A DNA stretch of 64,000 bases from Patescibacteria group bacterium (GCA_041645165.1 JBAZQN010000012.1:636-64635), one strand, 5' to 3'. Shown: positions 38,384 through 47,063, numbered from the stretch's first letter. Notes: a model not told the origin generated them from the letters alone. Numbers and translations are program-made.

Positions 38384-39199
38384 ATGAGCTTTTCAAGCTT
38401 ATATCGGTTTGAATGGCAGGGCAAGTGGATAACTAGGGATGCGTCTGATATAATGAAGAGAGAATATATTTCTTTTATCAACGTTATAATCATGAATATG
38501 CCGCAGCGCCTCGGTTCATCCTCACCTCGCCGCGTCGTGGTATTTGTGGGTGTTATTGCGCTCATCGGGGTATATGTAGGATACGCGGTGGTTTCTCGTA
38601 CGTTTAAAAATCAGACACGCCAGGGCGCTCCTGCACCATCTGCAACCATGACGCAAGAGCCTACCCCAGATGAGCTGGCAGCGCGGCAGAACGTATGGAC
38701 CAGCGATGATCCGGTACGGGGGAATATTAAAGCCCAGGTGTCCATTGTGGAATTTAGCGATTTCGAGTGCCCTTATTGCCGTGAGGAGTATCCTATAATA
38801 AAGCAGCTCCTCGATACGTATGGAGCCCAGGTCCGGTTCCAGTACCGCGATTTCCCTATTTCTGAACCACACCCCAATGCGCAGAGTGCGGCAGAGGCGG
38901 CAGAGTGCGCGAGCGCCCAGGGCAAGTTTTGGGAATATCATAATATATTATTTGAGCATCAAGACAGCCTTACGCGCGAAGACCTCGGAAGGTATGCGCG
39001 CGAGGTCGGGCTCAATCTCAAACTTTTCAATCAGTGCCTGGACGGCCGTTCTAAAACGAATGAGGTGATTGCGGACTTTAACGATGGGCGCGCGTTAGGA
39101 GTTGGTGGCACGCCGACTTTTTTTATAAACGGAGCAAAGTATGCGGGAGTGTTTACCTATGAAGAATTGAAGGGGATTGTTGAGGAGTTATTAAAGTGA
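38384..39199 (+). CDS. DsbA-family thiol:disulfide oxidoreductase (thioredoxin fold, CPYC), membrane-anchored
   Basis: Active site FECPYCREEYP; TM VVVFVGVIALIGVYVGYAVV; likely true start at Met 38492/38498 (MNMPQRL...). Confidence 0.8.
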   Translation: MSFSSLYRFEWQGKWITRDASDIMKREYISFINVIIMNMPQRLGSSSPRRVVVFVGVIALIGVYVGYAVVSRTFKNQTRQGAPAPSATMTQEPTPDELAARQNVWTSDDPVRGNIKAQVSIVEFSDFECPYCREEYPIIKQLLDTYGAQVRFQYRDFPISEPHPNAQSAAEAAECASAQGKFWEYHNILFEHQDSLTREDLGRYAREVGLNLKLFNQCLDGRSKTNEVIADFNDGRALGVGGTPTFFINGAKYAGVFTYEELKGIVEELLK

Positions 39200-39297
39200 T
39201 AAATTTTCAATTCTCAATTTTACAATTTTCACTAAATGATTCAATGATTCAATTTTCAAACATTGGGAAATTGAAAATCAACTGAAAATTGAACATT

Positions 39298-39351
39298 GTC
39301 CCGCTCTTTGATCATTTTTTTAAATGTTAGCGGGATCCCGCCTAAGCGGGA
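39298..39351. repeat. Repeat family E module (gtcccgc...gcgggatcccgcc-taa-gcgggag) preceded by about 95 bp of ttgaaa/caaaat low-complexity sequence
   Basis: Contains GCGGGATCCCGC 12-bp perfect palindrome; sister modules at 39991-40047, 40820-40875, 42772-42828; the flanking AT-rich part is near-identical to 41900-42030. Confidence 0.7.
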
Positions 39352-39373
39352 GAAATTGATAATTATATTAAGT

Positions 39374-39901
39374 ATGGAAAAAACCCTAAAGACAATCATT
39401 ATCGGTGCTGACCATCGCGGGTGGCAGGCGAAGGAAGACCTTAAGCGTTCCATTGCAGAGTGGGGATATTTAATTGCTGATGAAGGGGCGCATGCGTATG
39501 ACGTGCATGATGATTATCCTGATATCGCCTATGCGGTGGCCTTGAGAGTCGCGCAGGAAGATGACATGCAGGGAGTGCTCCTGTGCGGATCCGGCGTGGG
39601 GATGTCAGTGGTTGCCAATAAAGTGCAAGGGATTCGCGCTTCCTTGTGCTTTTTTCCTGAACAAGCGGCAGCAGCCAAACACGATGATGATGCGAATGTG
39701 CTAGTGCTGTCCGTGGATTATCTGACCGCGGCACAGATGCGCCGCATTCTCAAGAGCTGGCTTGACACCGATTTTGCGCCGAAAGAGAAGTATATGCGGA
39801 GGTTGAGGAAGATTACTTTATTGGAGACACAAGGCTATCTGAAGAATGTCAAAGCTCAAAGTTCAAATGCCATGGTTCGACAGGCTCACCATGACAAATA
39901 A
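39374..39901 (+). CDS. rpiB: Ribose-5-phosphate isomerase B (RpiB/LacAB family)
   Basis: MEKTLKTIIIGADHRGWQAKEDL... CGSGVGMSVVANK; track ORF (TTG 39296) is read-through of repeat E. Confidence 0.88.
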   Translation: MEKTLKTIIIGADHRGWQAKEDLKRSIAEWGYLIADEGAHAYDVHDDYPDIAYAVALRVAQEDDMQGVLLCGSGVGMSVVANKVQGIRASLCFFPEQAAAAKHDDDANVLVLSVDYLTAAQMRRILKSWLDTDFAPKEKYMRRLRKITLLETQGYLKNVKAQSSNAMVRQAHHDK

Positions 39902-39990
39902 GACGTGTCATCCGAGAGCCTAAGTCGAAGGGTTGACACTCATTTGAGCTTTGAAATTTGTCATTGAGATTTTGAAATTCCTTTGAACTT

Positions 39991-40047
39991 TGTCCCGCAC
40001 TTTGAATTATTTTATCTAAGGTATGCGGGATCCCGCCTGAGCGGTGA
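39991..40047. repeat. Repeat family E module (identical 85-bp copy at 42756-42840)
   Basis: tttgaactttgtcccgcactttgaattattttatctaaggtatgcgggatcccgcctgagcggtgagattttgaaatt. Confidence 0.75.
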
Positions 40048-40066
40048 GATTTTGAAATTTGTCATT

Positions 40067-40723
40067 ATGCTAGAAGTTCTTCCTGCCATTATCGAAGATA
40101 CCTACGAGGAGGTGGAGAAAAAGCTAAACCTCGTGGCGCCCTTTGTGGACTGGGTGCAGATCGATGTGGGCGATGGCGCATTTGTGGCGCATAAGACCTG
40201 GAGTAGAATTGAAGACCTGTCATCTCTTTCCCTCGAATTGGCGATTGATTTGCATCTCATGGTACAGGACCCGCTCTCGTATGTGGCGCGCGCGCAGGCA
40301 ATACCGCAGATAAAACGCATCACGTTCCATATTGAATCTGCCGCGGAGGGTGCCGCCGTCTGCCATGCGATCAAGCGTGCAGACAGGGAAGCGGGGGTGG
40401 CGTTGAATCCTGATACATCGTTTTCAACACTTGCCAACTTCCATGGTATACTGGATGCACTTCTGCTCATGGGCGTGCATCCGGGATGGGGCGGGCAAAC
40501 ATTTATCCCTCGGACGCTTGAACGGATACGGGAAGCGCGCACACAATATAAAAAAATAAAGATTGGCGTGGACGGCGGCGTGCATCTTCAAAACGGAAGC
40601 GCGCAAGCTTGTGTGGACGCAGGAGTGGATTACCTTGTGGTTGGAAGCGAGATTTTTAACGCTCAAGAGCCAGCAGTAGTGATTAGAAGATTACAACAAC
40701 TGGTTCCTTCTTTTCGATCATAG
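40067..40723 (+). CDS. rpe: Ribulose-phosphate 3-epimerase
   Basis: IDVGDGAFV, DLHLMV, GVHPGWGGQTFI, VDGGV, GSEIF motifs of Rpe; track ORF start (39983) runs through repeat E; ATG MLEVLPAII follows the repeat. Confidence 0.85.
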   Translation: MLEVLPAIIEDTYEEVEKKLNLVAPFVDWVQIDVGDGAFVAHKTWSRIEDLSSLSLELAIDLHLMVQDPLSYVARAQAIPQIKRITFHIESAAEGAAVCHAIKRADREAGVALNPDTSFSTLANFHGILDALLLMGVHPGWGGQTFIPRTLERIREARTQYKKIKIGVDGGVHLQNGSAQACVDAGVDYLVVGSEIFNAQEPAVVIRRLQQLVPSFRS

Positions 40724-40819
40724 CGATAAATCCCAATGTCAAAATCCAAATATCAAATAAAGCTCAAATGTCCAATGTCCAAGGGTTGGGAATTGGGATT
40801 TTTGATTTTATTGGAAATT

Positions 40820-40875
40820 GTCCCGCACCATTATTTTCTAAATTTAAGGTATGCGGGATCCTGCCTAAGCGGGAG
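40820..40875. repeat. Repeat family E module
   Basis: gtcccgcaccattattttctaaatttaaggtatgcgggatcctgcctaagcgggag. Confidence 0.7.
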
Positions 40876-40901
40876 AAATTGGAAATTGGGATTTACGTCA
40901 T

Positions 40902-41903
40902 ATGTTTGATGTCATCACCATCGGCGCGGCAACCCAGGATGTATTCTTGATGAGCAAGGGTTTTCACCTTATGCGATCTTCTCGCATGAAACGGATATGT
41001 GAGTGTTTCCCTCTGGGCGAAAAAATAAACGTAGAGCGCATTGATTTTGAAACCGGCGGCGGAGCAACAAACGCTGCGGCGACTTTCCGTAATTTGGGAT
41101 TCAGCGCGGGTGTCATTGCCAAAGTAGGGGATGACAGCGCAGGCGCGGCGGTAGTAAATGATTTGCGCGGGAGAGGATTAAAGACTGATTGGGTGCGTCA
41201 CGTGGCGGGGGGCACGACTGGGTTTGCGGCCATACTCCTTACTCCCCACGGCGATCGCACGGCGCTTGTCCATAGGGGCGTGTCCGCCTCGTTTTCCTCT
41301 GCAGATATTCCTTGGCAGAAGCTCAATGCGGCGTGGCTTGTGGTCACTTCGCTTGCGGGAAACATCGCATTGCTCAAGCGCCTTATCAACGCAGCGTGCG
41401 CGCGTGGGGTGCGGGTCGCGTTCAATCCGGGCATGGGAGAATTGCGTTATGGTCTCGAAGTCCTTCGTAAGCATTGCAGCGCCGCGCATGTGCTGCTGCT
41501 CAATCGCGGAGAAGCGAACATGCTCGCCTCGCTGAAGTTCTGGCGAAGCGGGCTCGCGCCAGGCGCGCGTGATATCCGTGCGCTCCGGCGCCGTTTATCT
41601 GCCCGTTTTCAAAATGCCGTCGTGGTCACTGAGGGAGCGCGGGGCGCGTATTATTGGGATCAACGCCAGTTCTTATGGGCGCAGAGCAAAAAAGTGAAGG
41701 TGGTGAATTCTACGGGCGCGGGCGATGCATTTGGCGCCGGATTTATTTCTGGTATACTGCGCTGGCGTGACCCTGCGCGGGCGCTGCAACTGGCGACACT
41801 CAATGCGCTCGGCACGATACAACAGATGGGCGCTAAAAAAGGGTTGCTTACTAAATGGCCTACGCAAGCTATACTGGATGGAATTAAGATAACGTCATTA
41901 TAG
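40902..41903 (+). CDS. PfkB-family carbohydrate kinase (ribokinase-like)
   Basis: N-terminal DVITIGAATQDVF, GGGATNAA, C-terminal GAGDAFGAGFISG anion hole motif. Confidence 0.85.
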   Translation: MFDVITIGAATQDVFLMSKGFHLMRSSRMKRICECFPLGEKINVERIDFETGGGATNAAATFRNLGFSAGVIAKVGDDSAGAAVVNDLRGRGLKTDWVRHVAGGTTGFAAILLTPHGDRTALVHRGVSASFSSADIPWQKLNAAWLVVTSLAGNIALLKRLINAACARGVRVAFNPGMGELRYGLEVLRKHCSAAHVLLLNRGEANMLASLKFWRSGLAPGARDIRALRRRLSARFQNAVVVTEGARGAYYWDQRQFLWAQSKKVKVVNSTGAGDAFGAGFISGILRWRDPARALQLATLNALGTIQQMGAKKGLLTKWPTQAILDGIKITSL

Positions 41904-42032
41904 AATATTCAATTTTTCAATTCTCAATTTTACAATTTTCACTCAATGATTCAATGATCCAATTTTCAAACATTGAAAAATTGAAAATTAATTGAAAATT
42001 GAACATTGAAAATTGGAAATTATTAATAAATT

Positions 42033-42668
42033 ATGAATACACAAAAGGAACAAAAGAAGAATATTGGTTGGCTCAAGTATACGATATGCGTTTCAGGCGC
42101 TGCGGGCGGTCCCGTGGTGACGCAAGCGGCGATGGATAAAGCAAAAGAAATAGGCCGTGAGATCGTGCGGCACGGGTGTGTGCTCGTGACGGGCGCCACC
42201 ACCGGCATCCCCTATGCGGCTGCGCAGGGAGCAAAAGAGTTGGGTGGCATTTCCATAGGCCTGTCCCCCGCCTCCTCCGAGCGGGACCATATACGCCATT
42301 ACCACCTGCCGACCAAGTACTTTGATTTGATCATTTATACAGGATTCGATTATTCAGGAAGGAACCTCCTGCTCACCCGTGCTTCGGATGCGGTGATCGT
42401 CATTAATGGAAGGATAGGGACGCTCAACGAGTTTACCATTGCCTTTGAAGATCGGAAACCCATCGGGGTGCTTATCGAGAGCGGCGGTTCTGCTGATTTG
42501 ATAAAAGGGATTGTGAAGGCGGCGCAGAAAGGCGCGGGGAAAATTATCTATCACAACGAGCCGAAGGTATTGGTGGAAAAAGTGCTTGCACTGGTCAGGA
42601 AAGAAAAATTAATGAAGCCTCCTCTAAGCGAATACTTTTTGAACCACCATTATCATGGAAATGAATAG
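42033..42668 (+). CDS. LOG-family/TIGR00725 Rossmann-fold nucleotide-binding protein
   Basis: CVSGAAGGP...VVTGATTGIPYAAAQGA...GRIGTLNEF pattern of the SLOG/LOG superfamily; 211 aa. Confidence 0.7.
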   Translation: MNTQKEQKKNIGWLKYTICVSGAAGGPVVTQAAMDKAKEIGREIVRHGCVLVTGATTGIPYAAAQGAKELGGISIGLSPASSERDHIRHYHLPTKYFDLIIYTGFDYSGRNLLLTRASDAVIVINGRIGTLNEFTIAFEDRKPIGVLIESGGSADLIKGIVKAAQKGAGKIIYHNEPKVLVEKVLALVRKEKLMKPPLSEYFLNHHYHGNE

Positions 42669-42771
42669 GATGGGAAATCCCAATGACAAATTTCAAATGT
42701 CAAATGAATATCAAAGCTCAAAATCCAAATTTGACATTGGGGTTTTGAATTTTATTTGAACTTTGAACTTT

Positions 42772-42828
42772 GTCCCGCACTTTGAATTATTTTATCTAAG
42801 GTATGCGGGATCCCGCCTGAGCGGTGAG
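42772..42828. repeat. Repeat family E module (identical to 39991-40047)
   Basis: 85-bp exact duplicate. Confidence 0.75.
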
Positions 42829-42864
42829 ATTTTGAAATTATGGTGATGGCTGGTCGCAATAACC

Positions 42865-43827
42865 TTGTTATTTTTTATGAAGAGTCGAAATAAATATGAT
42901 TTGATAATTGTCGGTGGTGGTGCCGCAGGATATGCCGCGGCGCTCTACGCGAAACGGTATGAACTTTCTGTGTTGTTGATAGAAGGAGAAACTCCCGGAG
43001 GAGAAACCGCAAATGCGGGATTAATTGAAAATTATCCCGGTTTTGATGCGATTGACGGGTATGAGCTCTATCAGAAATTCCGCAGCCATGCGCTCAAGTT
43101 CGGCGCTGAAATCCAATCGGGCAGGGTTGAGAAAGTGACACAAGAAGGCCATCAGTTCAAAGTGTCCGTAGGGGGACAAGGCGAGAAGGAAGGCTTATGC
43201 ATTATATTCGCCCATGGTCAGGCGCGCAGGAGATTGGGGCTTCCAAGCGAAGATCGCTTAACCGGCAAAGGGGTATCTTACTGCGTCACCTGCGACGGGC
43301 CATTGTACAAAGGGAAGACCGTGGGGATTGTGGGAGGGGGCGATGCGTCGGTGAAAGGAGTAAATCTGCTTACTGAATTCGTTCATAAAGTTTTCTTAAT
43401 TGTTATGCTGGGGCAAGTGAACGCAGAACCTATTAATTTTCGGCTCATGCAAAGCAAGGGTGACAAGGTTGAAGTGTTATACCATACGCAAGTAAAAGAG
43501 TTATTAGAAGAGAGCGGAAAATTCGCGGGAGTGAAGCTCTCACCGGGTTATCAAGGAAATGACATCCTTAAGCTTGATGGGTTGTTTATAGAAATCGGCG
43601 CAGTGCCGGATCGGGCGCTTCCCGCATCTCTGGGGGTGGCGCTCGCCGAGAGCGGGCATATTCACGTGGACCAATTCATGCGGACGAACATCGCGGGTAT
43701 TTTTGCCGCAGGGGACGTGACGGACGCCACGGGATCATTCCGCCAGATCGTCACCGCGGCCGCGCAAGGGTCCATCGCGGCGACCAGCGCGTATGAGTAT
43801 CTGAAAATCCTAAATCCGAAATCCTAA
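42865..43827 (+). CDS. trxB: Thioredoxin-disulfide reductase (NAD(P)H, FAD)
   Basis: YDLIIVGGGAAGYAAALYA FAD motif, redox CVTCDG, NADPH GIVGGGD, C-terminal FAAGDV; probable start ATG 42877. Confidence 0.9.
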   Translation: MLFFMKSRNKYDLIIVGGGAAGYAAALYAKRYELSVLLIEGETPGGETANAGLIENYPGFDAIDGYELYQKFRSHALKFGAEIQSGRVEKVTQEGHQFKVSVGGQGEKEGLCIIFAHGQARRRLGLPSEDRLTGKGVSYCVTCDGPLYKGKTVGIVGGGDASVKGVNLLTEFVHKVFLIVMLGQVNAEPINFRLMQSKGDKVEVLYHTQVKELLEESGKFAGVKLSPGYQGNDILKLDGLFIEIGAVPDRALPASLGVALAESGHIHVDQFMRTNIAGIFAAGDVTDATGSFRQIVTAAAQGSIAATSAYEYLKILNPKS

Positions 43828-43911
43828 ACAAACTCAAAGCACAAAATTCAAAGGTGAAACAGTTTTGTATTTCGGATTTGTTTAGAGTTTAGTGTTTAGT
43901 ATTTAGAGTTT

Positions 43912-44055
43912 ATGCTATTAAGCGACCTCTGCGAATGCGGCTCTGGTTTAGTCTATGGCGCGTGCCATGGTTCCATGGAGCCGTGCGACTGCGGATCCGG
44001 CGATCCTGCGGGCAGCTGTTGTTATGACGTTGACAATGGCGAGGAGGAAGAATAA
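43912..44055 (+). CDS. Cys-rich 47-aa ORF MLLSDLCECGSGLVYGACHGSMEPCDCGSGDPAGSCCYDVDNGEEEE between trxB and tlpA
   Basis: Uninterrupted ATG-TAA frame (below the track cutoff), 7 Cys in CxC...C...CxC...CC spacing, acidic tail; genome-typical GC. Confidence 0.4.
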   Translation: MLLSDLCECGSGLVYGACHGSMEPCDCGSGDPAGSCCYDVDNGEEEE

Positions 44056-44089
44056 CAAAAAAGCAAAATGCAAAACTCAAAATTATGGA

Positions 44090-44106
44090 GTCCCGCAAAG
44101 CGGGAC
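44090..44106. repeat. Repeat family E minimal hairpin gtcccgc-aaa-gcgggac within the 95-bp module upstream of tlpA
   Basis: Module near-identical to 23095-23190. Confidence 0.65.
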
Positions 44107-44160
44107 AGAATTCTTTCATTTTGATTTTTGGTCTTTGATTTTTGCATTTCACACAAAGGT

Positions 44161-44805
44161 ATGTCCTTTCCCCACCGCGTGAGACCAGGAAGGCGCGCCC
44201 AAGCCCGCCTGTCTGGGCGCAGGACGAAATGGTTCTTAGGAGCCGCGGCGCTGTTGCTTGTGTCAGGCGGCGTTCTTTTTTTATATTTCACCAGAGGGAC
44301 CACCCTTGTGCTAGATAGTGCGGACGTGTCAGGTGAAGCCTCATCCACCGCCCAAGACATCCCTCCTGCCGGAAGCGATGAGTTCATGCCGCCTTTTTCG
44401 GCGGACACGTTCGAAGGGAAACGTTTTTCAGTGGCGGAGTATGAGGATAAAACCGCGGTTATTATTGATTTTTGGGCTTCATGGTGTTCGTTTTGCGTAA
44501 AGGAAATGCCGCTTATACAGCACATGGCGGATTTGTACGGGAAAGACAAGCTTACCGTGGTCGGCATTCATCGCGGCGACTCTGAGCCTGTAGAAAAGGG
44601 AGTAGCGCTCGCGGCGAAGTTAGGGATAAAATATCTCCTGCTCCAGGATCCTGAAGGGAAATATTTCAAGTTGCTCGGGCAGGGGAAACCATTCATGCCG
44701 CTTACCATATTTATAGACCGCGAAGGGCGCATAGTGGAGCGGCGCATCGGCCCCAAAACGGCGGAAGAAATACGGGTGAGCACGGCGAAGATCATAGCCC
44801 CATGA
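44161..44805 (+). CDS. TlpA/ResA-family thiol-disulfide oxidoreductase (thioredoxin-like, membrane-anchored)
   Basis: WASWCSFCVKEMP active site; N-terminal anchor LGAAALLLVSGGVLFLYF; ATG directly after the repeat E module; track ORF 44128 (TTG) is read-through. Confidence 0.85.
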   Translation: MSFPHRVRPGRRAQARLSGRRTKWFLGAAALLLVSGGVLFLYFTRGTTLVLDSADVSGEASSTAQDIPPAGSDEFMPPFSADTFEGKRFSVAEYEDKTAVIIDFWASWCSFCVKEMPLIQHMADLYGKDKLTVVGIHRGDSEPVEKGVALAAKLGIKYLLLQDPEGKYFKLLGQGKPFMPLTIFIDREGRIVERRIGPKTAEEIRVSTAKIIAP

Positions 44806-44974
44806 GGGGAAATTCTAAACTCTCTCGTTACGCGAGATCTGGCGTAGCCAGATAAATTCTAAATACTAAACAAATCCAAAATCCAAATTACCGAAATTCA
44901 AAACGATTTTGGGCATTTGGGTTTTGAGCTTGGAATTTATTTAGGATTTAGGGCTTCGGATTTAGAGCTTCTCA

Positions 44975-45922
44975 ATGTTTTTGCACACTTTCCATCCTTC
45001 TCCCATTCTTTTTTCTTTTGGTCCCTTTTCCGTCCACTGGTACGGTCTTTTCATGCTCGCAGGCGTCGCGGCAGGCTACGCAATTGCGCGGCGCACGTTT
45101 GCGTGGGCGCGCGTTTCCCCCTCGGTCCTTGATCGTCTCGTCACTGCGCTCATTCTGGGCGGCTTCATAGGCGCCCGACTCTATCATGTCCTGAACGTAT
45201 TCGGGTATTATTGGTCGCATCCTTTGGACGTGTTCGCCGTGTGGAAAGGGGGTCTTGCGATCCACGGCGCGCTCTTGGGAGGATTGATTGCATTGTGGTG
45301 GTTTGTCGGCAAGCGTACACACCCTGTCCCGATATGTCGGGACATCCCTCTCAAGAGGGGATTTCGTACGGTCGAGTCCCCTCCTACGGAGGGGTGGCCG
45401 CAGGCCGGGGTGGGTGGTGCCCGCGAAAGGTTGTGCACATGTTTACTGATCACCGACCTCCTTGCGCCTTCCGTCGCGCTCGGCCAGGCGATTGGCCGCT
45501 GGGGAAATTATTTTCGGCAGGAGCTCTATGGCCTGCCGACTGACCTGCCGTGGGGAATTCCCATCGATGCTGCGCATCGGCTCTCTGATTTCACGCAGTA
45601 CAAATATTTTCATCCCGTATTTCTCTATGAGTCAGTGTGGTTAATCATTGTGTGTATTATCCTTCTTGTCATCCTGAGCGGAGTGATGCGGAGCAGAACA
45701 GAGTCGAAGGATCTCCGGCGAATGCCGGTCGGTCGCATCTTCTTCCTCTACCTCATCCTTGCAGGACTCGGGAGATTCTTCATAGAATTTTTACGCATCG
45801 ACCCGATGCCGCTGGTGTACGGCGTGCGCCTGCAGCAGCTCGTGAGTATAATCTTAATAATGGTAGGATTTGGTGGAATTGTTTGGATGCGGCACCTGGC
45901 TCGGGGAGGAGAAGATAATTAA
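44975..45922 (+). CDS. lgt: Phosphatidylglycerol-prolipoprotein diacylglyceryl transferase
   Basis: HWYGLFMLAGV, Lgt signature GQAIGRWGNYFRQELYG; about 35-aa in-frame insertion relative to typical Lgt. Confidence 0.85.
   Translation: MFLHTFHPSPILFSFGPFSVHWYGLFMLAGVAAGYAIARRTFAWARVSPSVLDRLVTALILGGFIGARLYHVLNVFGYYWSHPLDVFAVWKGGLAIHGALLGGLIALWWFVGKRTHPVPICRDIPLKRGFRTVESPPTEGWPQAGVGGARERLCTCLLITDLLAPSVALGQAIGRWGNYFRQELYGLPTDLPWGIPIDAAHRLSDFTQYKYFHPVFLYESVWLIIVCIILLVILSGVMRSRTESKDLRRMPVGRIFFLYLILAGLGRFFIEFLRIDPMPLVYGVRLQQLVSIILIMVGFGGIVWMRHLARGGEDN
45322..45425 (+). repeat. Palindrome-dense in-frame insertion inside lgt (three consecutive hairpins)
   Basis: gtcccgatatgtcgggac, tccctctcaagagggga, cccctcctacggagggg, then ggccgcaggcc; encodes HPVPICRDIPLKRGFRTVESPPTEGWPQAGVGG, directly before the Lgt signature. 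Confidence 0.6.
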
Positions 45923-45927
45923 TTCTA

Positions 45928-46656
45928 TTGCATAAAACAGAAGAAACGTGTACGATAGCCAGTGAAGAAATACTGCATATCATGCCAAAATATAAAGCAA
46001 AAAATGAAAATTTTTTTAAACACTGGTCGCCTTCGATGGCATATACACTTGGTTTTTTCTGCGCAGACGGTTCGATGTTTGTAAATCCACGAGGGAGCAG
46101 GTATGTTGCCTTTTACTCAAATGACAGGAATGTGCTTGAATTTATTCGCAGGGCTATTGGTGCGGCACATAAAATAAGTGTCAAACAAGTAGGGAAATTC
46201 GGAAGGAAATCGCCAGCATATTTTCTTCAGATTGGGAGTAAAGAAATGTTTATTGACTTGTCCCGAATGGGTATCATGATCAATAAGAGTAAACGAATGG
46301 TGCTTCCAGATATTCCTGAGGATTGCTTCTCTCCTTTTGTGAGGGGTTATTTTGACGGAGACGGCAATGTCGTGTATGGTCTATATAAAAGAAAAGCTCG
46401 GCCCCATCCTGCGAGGATATTACGGGTTAGCTTTACTTCAGGGAGCAGGGGGTTTCTTAAATCGTTATCGGAAAGATTATTTAGTACGTTACAGATTGAA
46501 GGTGTTCTAAGTTATTACGGGAGAGCATGGCGCCTTGTGTATAGCAATCGTCCATCATTACACTTATTGGAGTTTATGTATGCGCCTCGCTTAGATCAGC
46601 TTCCCGTGCTACAAAGAAAATTTGAGAGGTTTATAAAAGCGAAAAAATATATGTAG
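45928..46656 (+). CDS. Free-standing LAGLIDADG homing endonuclease (two-motif, monomeric type)
   Basis: LGFFCADGSMF and RGYFDGDGNVV LAGLIDADG motifs; about 40% GC against about 55% flanks; stop codon abuts tRNA-Asp. Confidence 0.85.
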   Translation: MHKTEETCTIASEEILHIMPKYKAKNENFFKHWSPSMAYTLGFFCADGSMFVNPRGSRYVAFYSNDRNVLEFIRRAIGAAHKISVKQVGKFGRKSPAYFLQIGSKEMFIDLSRMGIMINKSKRMVLPDIPEDCFSPFVRGYFDGDGNVVYGLYKRKARPHPARILRVSFTSGSRGFLKSLSERLFSTLQIEGVLSYYGRAWRLVYSNRPSLHLLEFMYAPRLDQLPVLQRKFERFIKAKKYM

Positions 46657-46731
46657 GGGCCGGTGGTGTAGCCTGGTTTGCACACCTCCCTGTCACGGAG
46701 GTAGTCGCGGGTTCAAATCCCGTCCGGCCCG
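46657..46731 (+). tRNA. tRNA-Asp (anticodon GTC)
   Basis: GGGCCGG/CCGGCCC acceptor stem, anticodon arm CCUCC-CUGUCAC-GGAGG, T-arm GUUCAAAUC, discriminator G, no encoded CCA. Confidence 0.9.
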
Positions 46732-46837
46732 TTGTGTTTTTCACCACCTTGATAGAGGGCGGTGATATTATTTTCGATTGACTAAAGTCAATTTTTGCTG
46801 TATAGTAGAAACAGACAGTGCGAAGGAAAAAACAAAA

Positions 46838-47029
46838 ATGCAGTTTCAAATACAAAAAAGCGCGCAGGCCAACCACACGTCTATCGAACAACAAGAGCGG
46901 CCAGAATCCTTGGACCTGGAATCATCGGTCGATGATTTTAGGTTTGAGAAGGAAGTGTCGCAGAGGCACTCTTTATTATTTTCGTCGTTCTTCCGCAAAC
47001 CTCCGCGCCCACTCCTCTGGCCGTATTAA
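46838..47029 (+). CDS. Small hypothetical ORF (63 aa) between tRNA-Asp and a terminator
   Basis: AAGGAAAAAACAAAAATG context; terminator 47064-47085 follows; no homology recognized. Confidence 0.3.
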   Translation: MQFQIQKSAQANHTSIEQQERPESLDLESSVDDFRFEKEVSQRHSLLFSSFFRKPPRPLLWPY

Positions 47030-47063
47030 AAAATGGCAGAAATTGGAATATAAACTTAAATAG

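Noticed and set aside
39200-39300. Short-period AT-rich repeats (ttgaaa/caaaat units) in spacers of the 39-44 kb cluster and at 3120-3200, 15730-15890, 22740-22830
   Set aside because: Considered as CRISPR-like, but the period is 6-8 nt with no unique spacers and no cas genes; they form imperfect long inverted repeats or low-complexity spacers.
45322-45425. Insertion in lgt as an intron or intein
   Set aside because: About 100 nt is far too short for group I/II introns or inteins, and the frame is preserved; best explained as a palindromic repeat insertion or loop expansion.
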